Positions 14,345 through 55,673 of a stretch of 64,000 nucleotides of DNA are shown piece by piece. The translations under genes and the position numbers were made by a program. The notes below the pieces were generated by a model that saw nothing but the letters and a program-made list of their open reading frames with translations, was not told the origin of the DNA and made no database searches. Each line of letters begins with the position of its first letter. The first letter of the stretch is position 1. Origin of the DNA: Antedon mediterranea (Eukaryota > Animalia > Echinodermata); NCBI RefSeq assembly GCF_964355755.1, contig NC_092673.1:25231648-25295647 (forward strand). Reading direction: 5' to 3'.

Positions 14345-15545
14345 TTGAAGCAGATATAAAATGATGCATGCTCAGTTATCAAATGACTAGGCCTACACTG
14401 ATCATATTTGATATTGGTATATAGACAATTAATATTAATTATTGTTGAGGTAGTTCAAACTATGATTACACTGATCATATCCAAAATTGTGATAGAATAT
14501 TATTAATAGTTATGGAAAAGGTAGATATTAAAAAACTAAACAGATCATATCCAACAATGTGATATAGATTATTAATATTAATTAATGATGATGTAGATAT
14601 TAAAAGATTATTGCTCAGTTATCAAATTATGACTACACTGATCATAACCAACAATGTGATATACAGTAGATTATTAATAATAATTATTGATGAAATAGAT
14701 ATTGAAAGATGGGTGCTCAGTTATAAAATTATGACTACACTGATCATATCCAACATTGTGATATAGGATATTATTAATAGTTATTGAAAGGTATATTAAA
14801 AGATGTGTGCTGTTATTAAATTATGACTACACTGATCATATCGAACAATGTGATATACTGTAGATTATTAATATTAATTATTGATGAGGTAGATATTAAA
14901 AGATGCGTGCTTAGTTATCAAATTATGACTACACTGATCATATCGAATAATGTGATATTATTAATATTAATTAATGATGATGTAGATATTAAAAGATTTT
15001 TGTTCAGTTATCAAATTATGACTACAATGATCATATCCAACAATGTGATATAAATTATTAATAATAATTATTGATGAAGGAAATAGATATTGAAAGATGC
15101 GTGCTCAGTTATCAAATTATGACTACACTAATCATATCCAACATTGTGATATAGGATATTATTAATAGTCATTGATAAGGTATATATTAAAAGATGCGTG
15201 CTCAGTTATCAAATTCTGACTACACTGATCATATCGAACAATGTGATATATTATGATATTAATATTAATTATTGATGAGGTAGATATTAAAAGATGCGTG
15301 CTCAGTTATCAAATTATGACTAACACTGATCATATCCTACATTGTGATATAGGACATTATTAATAGTTATTGATAAGGTAGTTATTAAAAGATGCGTGCT
15401 CAGTTATCAAATTTTGACTACAAAGATCATATCCAACATTGTGATGTAGATTTATATTAATATTAATTATTGATGATGTAGATATTAAAAGATGCATGCT
15501 AAGTTATCAAATTTTGACTACACGGATCATATTTGATATTGTGAT
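14345..15545 (-). repeat. 97-bp satellite in inverted orientation, about 12 more diverged units
   Basis: AGATGCGTGCTCAGTTATCAAATTATGACTACACTGATCATATC is the reverse complement of the 5650-10420 unit. Confidence 0.95.
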
Positions 15546-15939
15546 TGATGATATATTCATATAAAGAGTGTACAATACTCACAGTATTTTTTAATCCATC
15601 CACATGAAGAAGAGACACAAGAAGAGTTGTTTGAAATTGTGAAGCCTCACAACCTTACTAATTGTGATGACATTTAATATAATATTACAGCCACACACAA
15701 ACAGTAAGGTAGTTAGGGTCACTACAATCTATTAAAATAATTAACATTAATTAACTGGAAACATTGTTAATTATCAGTTTGAGTTTGACTTTTGTCTCTT
15801 TTGTTGTAGAATTGAATCTCTGTTTATCCATTGCTTTCAACCTGAAAATAAACAGGCCTAATACCTTGGCATTAGCAATGAAATCAACTTACACACTGAT
15901 GAATCTTAATACTCCTACCTACCTATCTAATATTTTATT

Positions 15940-16415
15940 AGGCATGGTCTCCTCAACTAAGGGAAGACATTCTTTTATTAGAAAAAGTTCAGAGGAGAGC
16001 AACTAGGCTACCACCTAGTTTGCATGGCATGCCCTATGCAGATAGGTTAAAAGTTTTTAATTTAACAACCTTAGAAGAAAGACGACACAGAGGGGACATG
16101 ATTCAAACATATAATTTTCTTTCTAACAAAGAGGCTATTGATATTTTTTTACTTTTTCAAAAGTCTGAATATACCGCCACTAGGAGTCATAAACATAAAT
16201 TGAAAAAGATTAATGCTCGATTAAATTGCCGTAGTCATTTTTTTACCCAACGAGTCGTAAATTCATGGAATGCTCTTCCTGCCAGTACAGTAGAAGTTGA
16301 CACAACCATACTATTTAAAAGAAAATTTCAGAAGACGAGGGGGGCTAATAGAGGGCCACGACCGGCCCACCAGCCTCTTGCACCACTCATTTAGAGTGGT
16401 GTACGGTGAGTTATT
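15940..16415 (+). mobile_element. CR1-clade LINE 3' fragment
   Basis: WSPQLREDILLLEKVQRRATRL..PYADRLK..TLEERRHRGDMIQTY..TRSH..FFTQRVVNSWNALP, the typical CR1 ORF2 C-terminus. Confidence 0.9.
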
Positions 16416-16429
16416 TAGATAGGCTGTCT

Positions 16430-17262
16430 ATGACCCCCCAGCTATCCCTAGCTAGGCCTATGCCTCTCTAGACCATTCTGCTGGCTAGCTAGCAAGGCCT
16501 ATAATTAATAGCACAGGTCTCATATAGATAGGCCTAGTAGAGTGTTTAGACTGAGTCTGGTTATATGCCTAGGCCTATTTATTTAACTAGGACTAGGCAG
16601 GCCTAATCAGCCTAAACTAAGGCATAATAAACTAGTCTAGGCCCTAACTAGAATACATAGAGCTAGCTAGTTAGGCAGCCTAGGCCTAGCTACTTATGAG
16701 CTAGTATTCTAAGTAAGTAGGCCTAGCTAGCTAGCCTACCAGTTCCCTAGTAGGGCCTAACCAGGTGGGCCTAGCCTAGCCTAGCTACATACAGTACAGT
16801 AGTAGTAGTAGTTCCCGTAGTAGTATAGTAGTAGCCTACTACTACTTCTTTCTATTTCTAGGCCTAGCTAGACTAGGCTAGCCCTAGTAGGCCTAGCTAG
16901 GCTATAGGCCTAGTAGTACTAGGCCTACCTAGGCCTAAACTACTAGCTAGAGTAGAGAGATGCTAGCCTAGCTACCTAGTCCTATAGGCCCTACCTAGAG
17001 TAGAAGGGAAGTAGAATAGGCCTAATCTGCCCTTTTTGGAGGTTAAAATATTGTCTGAAATAAGCTATGACCTACAAATATAGCTTAACTATCTGTTAAG
17101 GGTGACACTGATGATGGGTAATCAATAAAATATGCTTCTAAATCTACCTTTTTGGCTTGTAATCATAATATCCAGTCTAGCCTAGGCCTAGGCCTGCACG
17201 GATCAGGTAGCGAAACGAACGAAGTGAGAGCAGAGAGAGGAGGAGGAGGCCTAGGGCCTAGG
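16430..17262. repeat. Low-complexity tract saturated with TAGGCCTA/TAGCCTA/TAGGCTA/CTAG palindromic words
   Basis: Direct reading, e.g. 16855-17000; non-periodic. Confidence 0.8.
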
Positions 17263-17568
17263 TTTCAGGCAGAAAAGAACATCTTGAGTTTGTGTAATTA
17301 TATATCTATTTATAGTTATTTTAAAATATATCCCTAACATTTAAAAAATTATATATATTACTGATGATAATTAATTATAAGAATGATACTCTACCTAATG
17401 ATATAATCAATTAAATGTATTTTCCGTACGAAATTAATTATATACGAGGATGGCATAAGTGATAGTTCTCTGTTATCAAAAAACAACTACATACTATACC
17501 TGCTTATTTTCGCCGCCAGTTTGTGACTAAACATCAGCCTATGTTGACAAACAGTGTGTTCTTAGACA

Positions 17569-47875
<30,307 letters not shown>

Positions 47876-48958
47876 GGGCAGAGTTCGAAGGTTAACCCCT
47901 CGTGCAAGAGCAAGTCTGACAGGAGACTAGCTCTAACTTACAAGGTTGAAAAGAAAACTATCTACCTCATCACTTTTCGCCAGTGTGAAAGTTGATGTTT
48001 ATACTTTTTTTTTGGAAAACAATTTTTTGGAAATATTTTGTAGTTTTGTATAAGATAGTCTTTAAGATTATATACTTTTGTTTACTTACTTTAATTTTGT
48101 TTTCTACACTATACTGTATTCATATTTGTAAAATCAACCAATGTGGTTTAAAATTAAAGAGAAACTTTCCTTTTTATAATCAAACAAGTTGATACTGGCT
48201 CTTAATGATGTACAATTTTTGATTTGAACATTTGAATGATATTAATACTATTATTATGTCATTTTTTTCGAGGTGGTTACTTCGTAATACTATCTGTATT
48301 TCTTTATTAAATTTGAGTGTAAACACATTCAATTTTGTTTTTGTATGAGAATGCAATTTCTTTGCTAATGCAGGTGCCATATTCTGTGCAGTTATGCTGT
48401 GCTATGTTAGGGTTTATATGTTCGAAATCAAATGATGTACACAAAAATACTTCATTGGACAACATTGGGGTTGTAGTTGATGGTTGGATGGTTGGCTACC
48501 ATTCCCAGTGCCATGGGTCCAAATCAAATGCTCCTTAAAAGTCCTGTTTGATATTTGCAATACCAAATTATATAATATCCGTTCCTTTTGAATGAATACT
48601 TCACAACTTTGGAGTTGTATTTCGATGGTTGAATGTTTGGCTATCATTCCCAGAGTCATTGGTCCAAATCAAATGCTTTTGTGCATGTGCTGTCCCTTTA
48701 ACTGATAACCACCGTGATTTAAGGTTGCTATAACGTTCTCCTTTAAAGGTCTTGGTTAATATTTGCAATTTTGTATTATATTATATCCCATTATTTTGAA
48801 TGTTCCTTCATAATTACTGTGTAGAATTCAATTTGTTGTTCATTACAAGCAGATGGCAGGTACGATTGTCATGTCATTCATTGCATTGTGCTTGTATGTA
48901 CATGGCTTCAGTCCAGGCTTTATTTATTGATTTTTACATTTGCATAACGATATATTAA

Positions 48959-49246
48959 AGCTCTATCTACACTATCAAACTTTATATGGCAAAAAAATGT
49001 GATGTGCCCAAATGTGGTAGTGGTATGCCCAAATATGGTAGTGCTATGACATCATCATGTCCATATATCACATTGTTTTGTCACATAAAGTGATAGAGAT
49101 AGTGTATACAAGGCTTAAAGCTCTGTCTACACTATTAAACTTTATATGGTAAAAAATACGATGCCCATATATGAACATGATCATGTTACCATACTTAAGC
49201 ATATTACTACCATAATTGGGCACATCGCACTTTTTTTGTCAAACTA
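48959..49246. mobile_element. Two adjacent AGCTCTGTCTACAC-family MITEs
   Basis: Family termini at 48959 and 49118. Confidence 0.7.
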
Positions 49247-50639
49247 TTTTAGGGTGAACGAGTTAAAAAAAACCTCCAAAAAAAAATACCGAAAACCGCA
49301 ATGACCTTTTGATTTGGTTTTTCATACTTTTTAGGGCCTCTGGTCAAATTTATTTCAAACTAAACGTTCCCTCCAAATAAACACCTAATTAAACAATCCT
49401 ATTGCAGACTTCTGCTCCATTTTAAAGATTTTCTCCAATTAGAGACAACTGCAGACCTGATAAACATGATGTGGTCGTATTCGCCATTCACACAATGTTT
49501 TCCTGCTGTATGCCTATATTTGTATTTCACTTAAGTCGATACATAAGTTTATTCCCTTAAATTGTATTCGCTTAGTAGATAGCAGATATCTTCGTTTTGT
49601 CAAGGGTGTGTCCCAAGTACTAAGTGGTACTGTTGAATACGGCCACTAGTCCTTGATTAGGTGTCAGAGAGTCGTTACACTTTTATTGGAGACCCGACTT
49701 TATTCGTTAACAGATTGTGTTTTTCTTTGGTTTAACTGTTTTAGAAATTTAATTAGTGTATGTTTACATATCTTTACACAGCATTATGCCTATGCTATCA
49801 TACGGTTTTTTTTATTACGCATTCATTAAGTTATTTTGTTATTTAAAAATTAGTGTTTCCATAAAGCACCGTTGTGTATTGTATAACATTTCGATTTGAT
49901 CATATTTTTTTCTCTCGCGTTGTAGAAAATAATGTGTCGTTTTGAAATTTCCAAACGGGTCTTATATAAATGGTATTATGCACGTTGTATAAAGTATATA
50001 TAATTAGTAAATTTCATACATTCCTTTGCGCGAAAAAAGTGCAAAATAAAAAAGAAACAATTTGAAACCAGAATTTTGTAACCAAGTGTATATTTTGTTT
50101 TACGTTTATTTGTAAGATCACCACAGAAAGAAAACCTGATTACTGTTCTGTTTTGAGACCCTTGTCTCGGTTCTAGGCGGCTATCGAATTAATATTGGTA
50201 AAAAGATAAACATTTTGGCACACATGGCGTTTCATACTGATTTACCAGTCTCATTAAATACTAAAACATAAAAAAGACAATACAACTCTGTATACATATC
50301 AAAATAGTGATATGACATCGTCATGTCCATAATTGGCACATTTTTTTGTCACATAAAGTTTGATAGTGTCGACAGAGCTTAACAGAGACTAGCGGCTAGT
50401 CTAGATAACGTAACTAAGGGCGTGGTCCAGGTTTTCACAGGTTCCCCGGGCACATAGAACTACATGCAAAGTAGGCCTAGGATATTCCCAAAATAAGAAA
50501 TGTTTCCCATTCTAAGTATACACACTCATAGTTTTTAAAAAAAAATGAATTAAAAAAAAAAATTAAATATTTTTTTATCTATATTTTCTATGCCATGTTG
50601 TAAGACAGCCTAGTTTCCCATAACCTCTGCATAACAAAG

Positions 50640-51058
50640 GAAGAAACAAGATAAACTATATGATTCTACAGAAAAAGGTCTTACAACGTTATCACTGTTT
50701 ACGCATGAGCGAAAAAAGCTAAGAGATGTAAAATACAGGGATACAGTAGACAGACTTTTAGAAGTCCTGAAGAAAGACTCAAACTAGTTTGGCATAAATC
50801 ATGCTATCCTATGTATACAAACAAGCTCCGTTGGCAGAAATTAATTTGAATTGTTCATCGACAGCACAATCATCCCTATTTCATCGTAGTAGTGCACAAC
50901 CCCCCAAATGGGAATGTTCTGCCAGAAGGAAAACATCAAGCAGAAGTTGATTTCAATCACCACCCTAAAGAAGAGCACTGAAATAGTTGAAGCTTCTAAG
51001 TTTGAGCAGAAAATGCGAGTGCGTGTTGCTTGTATAAATGACCTAATTGCTGCAGAAG
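50640..51058 (+). pseudogene. Academ-like transposase N-terminal relic
   Basis: LVWHKSCYPMYTNK and C..CQ..INDLIAAEA motifs (cf. DLxAAEAxYH), cut off by the MITE end at 51059; possible TAG-type left end at 49250. Confidence 0.5.
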
Positions 51059-51169
51059 CAGGCCCGTATGCAGCATTTATAATGGGGGGATGCGAGCGAA
51101 GCGAGCAACAATGGCTGGGGGCCAGGGGGCCGCCAAGGGCCCCCGGTCATTGCGTTATTTGACGTTCTA
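51059..51169 (+). mobile_element. hAT-like MITE end, copy 2
   Basis: Reverse complement of 1270-1389. Confidence 0.65.
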
Positions 51170-51484
51170 AATACTGCATTCGACATATTAAAAATAAATT
51201 AAAAAGAAATAAATATTATACATTACATGGTTAAACCATGGACGTATAATTACATCTCGTCTTCTTATAACGAACACTATAGGCCTACCAAGCAGCGTGT
51301 TGCGAACATGTGCATGGGGAGGGCCATAAGAAAGCTTTACATTTCACACATTGCATTGTATACGGTCAAACCTTACCCGCCTCTGAAAAAGGGGCCATTT
51401 TGACCTGGTATTTCGTGTGCTAATCGAGTCGAATGCAGTTTTAATGATGCACTTTTGGCGTTCCATATCTGTTCGTTTGTTTGT

Positions 51485-54400
51485 TTTTTTTTTTTTTGTT
51501 TTTTTTTATTGAACACTTTCATATTTAAATTTAAAAAATAGCTTAAAATAATAACACTTTCTTATTAATAGTAATACACAATATAAATAATAACACTTTT
51601 TAAATAATAATAATATATAATATACATTTCTCTTAAGAACAAACTATAAATAATTTCATGATGTAATAAATATAAATCTATTTTTTCTTTTTTCTTAAAA
51701 ACAAAGTCTATAAATAATTTGTTGTCAATTTTTTTTTTATAACATATTTCAACTAAATAATTTAATTAAACATAAAACTTTCTTATTCAAATATATAGTT
51801 ATAACTTACTAAATAAACAGATCATAAAAGTGTATAAATAATTCAGGATTAAAAAACATATTATAAAAAACAGTACTAAGTCCTTTTTTTTTTAATGCAA
51901 AGTTACCAGTCAATAAGTTCATGTTTTTCCAAGAAAGGACTCCATTTGTTTAAGTAAGTATGATGCTCCCCTTTGGTTTTCAAAATAAATTCTTCTTGTT
52001 TAACGTGTAACTTAATCTCATTCACGAATCGAACAATATTGGGCTTAATTTTTCTCATTTTACAGCTATATATGTAGTGTCGACAAATTAGTAAAATAGT
52101 ATTTAGGGCTTTAAATGTTTTTTTTCTAACTCCAAAAAGGCATAATTCGGGGTTGATAATTACATTTATATTAAAATATGATTTTAACCATTGTTTAATC
52201 TTTCTCCAAAATATTTTAATTTCACAGCATTGTGCAAAAATATGTATTAAGGTTTCTGTTTCTGCTTTACATAAAGCACATAAAGGTGAGTCAATTTTCC
52301 CAATTTTATACAAAAAGGAGTTATTACCTAAAATTCTATGCACAATTTTATATTGAAACCAGATTAGTGGTGTGGACATAGTAAGTGAGAAAAACATGGT
52401 ATTAATAATTTCCCACTCTTTATCAACATATAAAGTATCCAATGCCTTCTCCCACTTAATTTTAGCTTTCGATTGTTTTTTTCTAGAGTTGATTAGAGTA
52501 TTATAAATTAGCTTTGATCCTTTTTTATTTTTTATTACTACGCTAAGGTTAAAAGGTAGTAGTGGGCTATTTATTTTTCCTTTTGGAGAAATTTGATATA
52601 AAGACGTATGTTGTCTGACCGCATGTATTAGGCCTTCATATTGAAGAAAGTTGATGTTAAGATTATGACGTTTACTAAGTTGTTTTAATGGAGTTATTCC
52701 ATGTCTATCAACTAAATCATTTATAAAATTCACCCCATGATTACTCCAGTTTTTATAATAGATACTTTCTCCGCCGACTTTAATATTATCATTCATCCAG
52801 AGTGTTTGTCTACATATCGATTCGGTGCTCATAGGAGTGTTGTGTTTCACAAATACGCACCACGCCTTTATTACATCCAGCCAAAATGCATTGTAAGGCT
52901 TAACCTTCGCTAATTTGATTAATTTCGATGATCCGCCTTCTATGAGCCAAGTTTTATGAATATTCAACACGAGTGGAACTAAAAGAGCCCATCCCGTCTC
53001 ATTGGACGTTACTAACCGTCTAACCCACGTGATTTTTACCGATTGAATATATGCGTTTATATCGACCATTCGTAAGCCTCCAAATTTATTTTCTTGTATA
53101 AGTTGATCTCTGGATATTCTATCCACCCCTTTCCATATGAAACGATATAGTTCTGACTTAAGTGATTTTATTACATTTTCAGGGGGATCGGGTAATGTCG
53201 AAAGGATATAGGTAAGTTTGGACAGTAATAAAGACTTCACTACCGTGATTCTTCCCAAAACAGTTAAGTTTCTTTTTGACCAATGTCTCATTGTATTTTT
53301 AATTGATTTATATACGTCTTCATAGTTCAAATCTACCATTTTATTTAAATTTGTACTGAACCGAATACCCAATGATTCAAAGGGTTCTCCATGTTTGATC
53401 CATTTTATATTATAGTTTTCGCATATTGAGTCACCTCGGTCTTTAAAAGAGCCAACCCAGACAGCATTTGTTTTGTTCACATTCACTTTTAGCCCGGAAA
53501 TTTTGGAAAATACGTCGAGAGTCTTAAATGCTTCGTGCATTGACTTCTCTTTACCGTCAAGAAACAATACAGTGTCGTCCGCATACTGAGATAATCGATA
53601 CTCATGATTTGCAATTGATATTCCTTTAATTTGTTTATTTTCAGATATCATTGAGGATAAAATTTCTGCGCACAGAAGAAACAGGTATGGACTCAGCCCA
53701 TCCCCTTGTCTACATCCTCTTTCGATTAAGAATGATTCGGAGAGAAAGCCATTGACAAGAACTGAGGATCTTGCATCTTTATATAGTACTTTCACCCATT
53801 TTTGAATGGATTGTCCGAAGTTAAAATGTTTAAGAACGCAGTTAACAAATGTGTGAGAAATGCAGTCGAACGCTTTTTCAAAGTCTATCAGTAAAAGCAG
53901 ACCAGGGATTTTCTTCTTTTCACAAATTTGAATAACATCATACATAAGTCTTGTATTTTCGCCTATATATCTCCCATTAATAAATCCTTTCTGTTGTTCA
54001 CTAATTAATATATCAAGGACCGATTTTATTCGTTCTGCAATGCATGACGAAACAAGTTTATAAGTGACACTTAACAGGGTAATAGGTCTCCAGTTTTTTA
54101 GATACTCTCTGGGTTTATCCCTCTTAGGGAGTAAAGTAATTATTCCTGACTTTTGGGAAGTTGACAGTTGACCTGAGTTATACGACTCGTTAATAGCTCT
54201 CAAAAGATAGTAAACTAAATCCGCAAAAAAGAACTTAAAAAACTCATAGCTAAAGCCGTCAATACCAGGTGACTTTCCATTTTGTGACCTCTTAAGAGCC
54301 ACTAAAAGTTCGTTATAAGTAATTGGCCCTTCAATTTTATTTTGTTGTTCTTTTGTTAATGTTGGTAATGTATTCATAGTTTTAAGAAGTTTTACAATAT

Positions 54401-54996
54401 TTTTTTCATCATCTGTATTGTGGTTTGAGGAATAAAGGTTTTTATAAAATTGTCTAGACTCAACAAGAATTTCATTTGTGTTTTGCAGAATACTATTGTT
54501 GCTTTCCTTTACTATTTTATTTATAGTTTTATCAACAAAATTTTTCTTTTCCATATTAAGAAAAAATTTGGTCGGCCTTTCGCCTTCTTCGATCCATTTA
54601 AGTTTAGTTTTCATCATTATTCTTTCCATCTTCACTTTTCTGATACTCATAAGTTCGCCGGACTTAATTTCTAGTGTACCATTTAACGTGGCGTCGCCCT
54701 TATTGATATCAAGTGTTATTTTTTCTATTTCCCTTTCTAATTCTTTTTCTTTTTTATTTTCAATCTTTTTCTTATAAGCCCCGTAAGAAATTGTTTTTGC
54801 TCTAATTTCCATTAATATCATTTCTAAAAGAAGTTGATCACTGATGCTAAACAGCGCTTTATTAGCATCTTTATTATCTTTTTCGTTTTGCACTATATAT
54901 TGTTTTAGGACTCTATTTATGGTTTCTTTAACTTGTTGCACGTATTGAATATCTTTTAATAAGGTATTGTCAAATTTCCAGTATCCTGGCCCGTTC
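51485..54996 (-). mobile_element. 5'-truncated Tx1/L1-clade LINE with 14-bp TSD
   Basis: GTTCGTTTGTTTGT at 51471-51484 and 54997-55010; A-rich tail with AATAAA at about 51485-51511. Confidence 0.9.
51903..54992 (-). CDS. LINE ORF2 (RT plus C-terminal zinc finger), endonuclease lost by 5' truncation
   Basis: Open from GPGYWKFDN; KSPGIDG, NWRPITLL, DFEKAFD, GCRQGDGLSP, QYADD, CALC..ETLIHIF..C. Confidence 0.95.
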   Translation of the reverse strand, partial: GPGYWKFDNTLLKDIQYVQQVKETINRVLKQYIVQNEKDNKDANKALFSISDQLLLEMILMEIRAKTISYGAYKKKIENKKEKELEREIEKITLDINKGDATLNGTLEIKSGELMSIRKVKMERIMMKTKLKWIEEGERPTKFFLNMEKKNFVDKTINKIVKESNNSILQNTNEILVESRQFYKNLYSSNHNTDDEKNIVKLLKTMNTLPTLTKEQQNKIEGPITYNELLVALKRSQNGKSPGIDGFSYEFFKFFFADLVYYLLRAINESYNSGQLSTSQKSGIITLLPKRDKPREYLKNWRPITLLSVTYKLVSSCIAERIKSVLDILISEQQKGFINGRYIGENTRLMYDVIQICEKKKIPGLLLLIDFEKAFDCISHTFVNCVLKHFNFGQSIQKWVKVLYKDARSSVLVNGFLSESFLIERGCRQGDGLSPYLFLLCAEILSSMISENKQIKGISIANHEYRLSQYADDTVLFLDGKEKSMHEAFKTLDVFSKISGLKVNVNKTNAVWVGSFKDRGDSICENYNIKWIKHGEPFESLGIRFSTNLNKMVDLNYEDVYKSIKNTMRHWSKRNLTVLGRITVVKSLLLSKLTYILSTLPDPPENVIKSLKSELYRFIWKGVDRISRDQLIQENKFGGLRMVDINAYIQSVKITWVRRLVTSNETGWALLVPLVLNIHKTWLIEGGSSKLIKLAKVKPYNAFWLDVIKAWCVFVKHNTPMSTESICRQTLWMNDNIKVGGESIYYKNWSNHGVNFINDLVDRHGITPLKQLSKRHNLNINFLQYEGLIHAVRQHTSLYQISPKGKINSPLLPFNLSVVIKNKKGSKLIYNTLINSRKKQSKAKIKWEKALDTLYVDKEWEIINTMFFSLTMSTPLIWFQYKIVHRILGNNSFLYKIGKIDSPLCALCKAETETLIHIFAQCCEIKIFWRKIKQWLKSYFNINVIINPELCLFGVRKKTFKALNTILLICRHYIYSCKMRKIKPNIVRFVNEIKLHVKQEEFILKTKGEHHTYLNKWSPFLEKHELIDW

Positions 54997-55190
54997 GTTC
55001 GTTTGTTTGTGTCATGGAGTACTCCATGGTTCGTGTCGACACATTCAGTAGTATCAAATGGCGATATTTCTGTATTTTTTCAATCAATTGCTTGCTTGCG
55101 AGTATTATATAAGGTATGGTTTAAAGATCTTTGGCTATGCTCGGCTTCGGGATGTTATACCACACTTAGGCCTGGCTAGGCTAGGCTATA

Positions 55191-55290
55191 GGGGTCGTCG
55201 GTTTCGTGTTATGGGTCGTCCAATTCTAGGTCGTCCAATTCGAGGTCGTTGGGGTCGTCCATTTCGAGGTCGTCGCTTTCTACACACCCT
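55191..55290. repeat. Subterminal GGTCGTC repeats ending TACACACCC (single MITE end)
   Basis: Six GGTCGT units; architecture like the 39230-39296 end. Confidence 0.5.
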
Positions 55291-55345
55291 ATAAACCGTA
55301 GGTCCAGTGTACACAACTTGCTCGTGTGCACTTTAAAGAACCTAG

Positions 55346-55673
55346 TGTTAAAATGTGCTCTCATTGTACAATAAATGTTACCAATAGCCTACTGGTCATT
55401 GACCTATAGATGATAAGTGAAAGTTCCTGTTCTAAGAAATAGATGATATACCGGAACTGTCTCCAGACCACAAAGCAATCCATCATTGCTTTGCTCACTC
55501 CTTAAGATGATAACATTCTTCTATGTGAATCACTCTTCCATATTTATTCCTACTGTGTAGATGTGTACTTTGTATAGTTTATTACAATAAAGTTATTATA
55601 GTTCTAGATAGAACATTTTGTATCTGCGTCAAATACTGTTATCGATATGGCTCACAATCCTACAACCTTAACA
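55346..55673 (+). repeat. 5' LTR
   Basis: Direct repeat of 60125-60452. Confidence 0.97.

Noticed and set aside
5650-15545. CRISPR-like regular repeats
   Set aside because: Whole units repeat with no unique spacers, there are no cas genes and the context is eukaryotic; these are satellites.
51226-51255. CATGGACGTATA as another complete footprint
   Set aside because: Only one clear arm (likewise at 22717) and no matching TSD.
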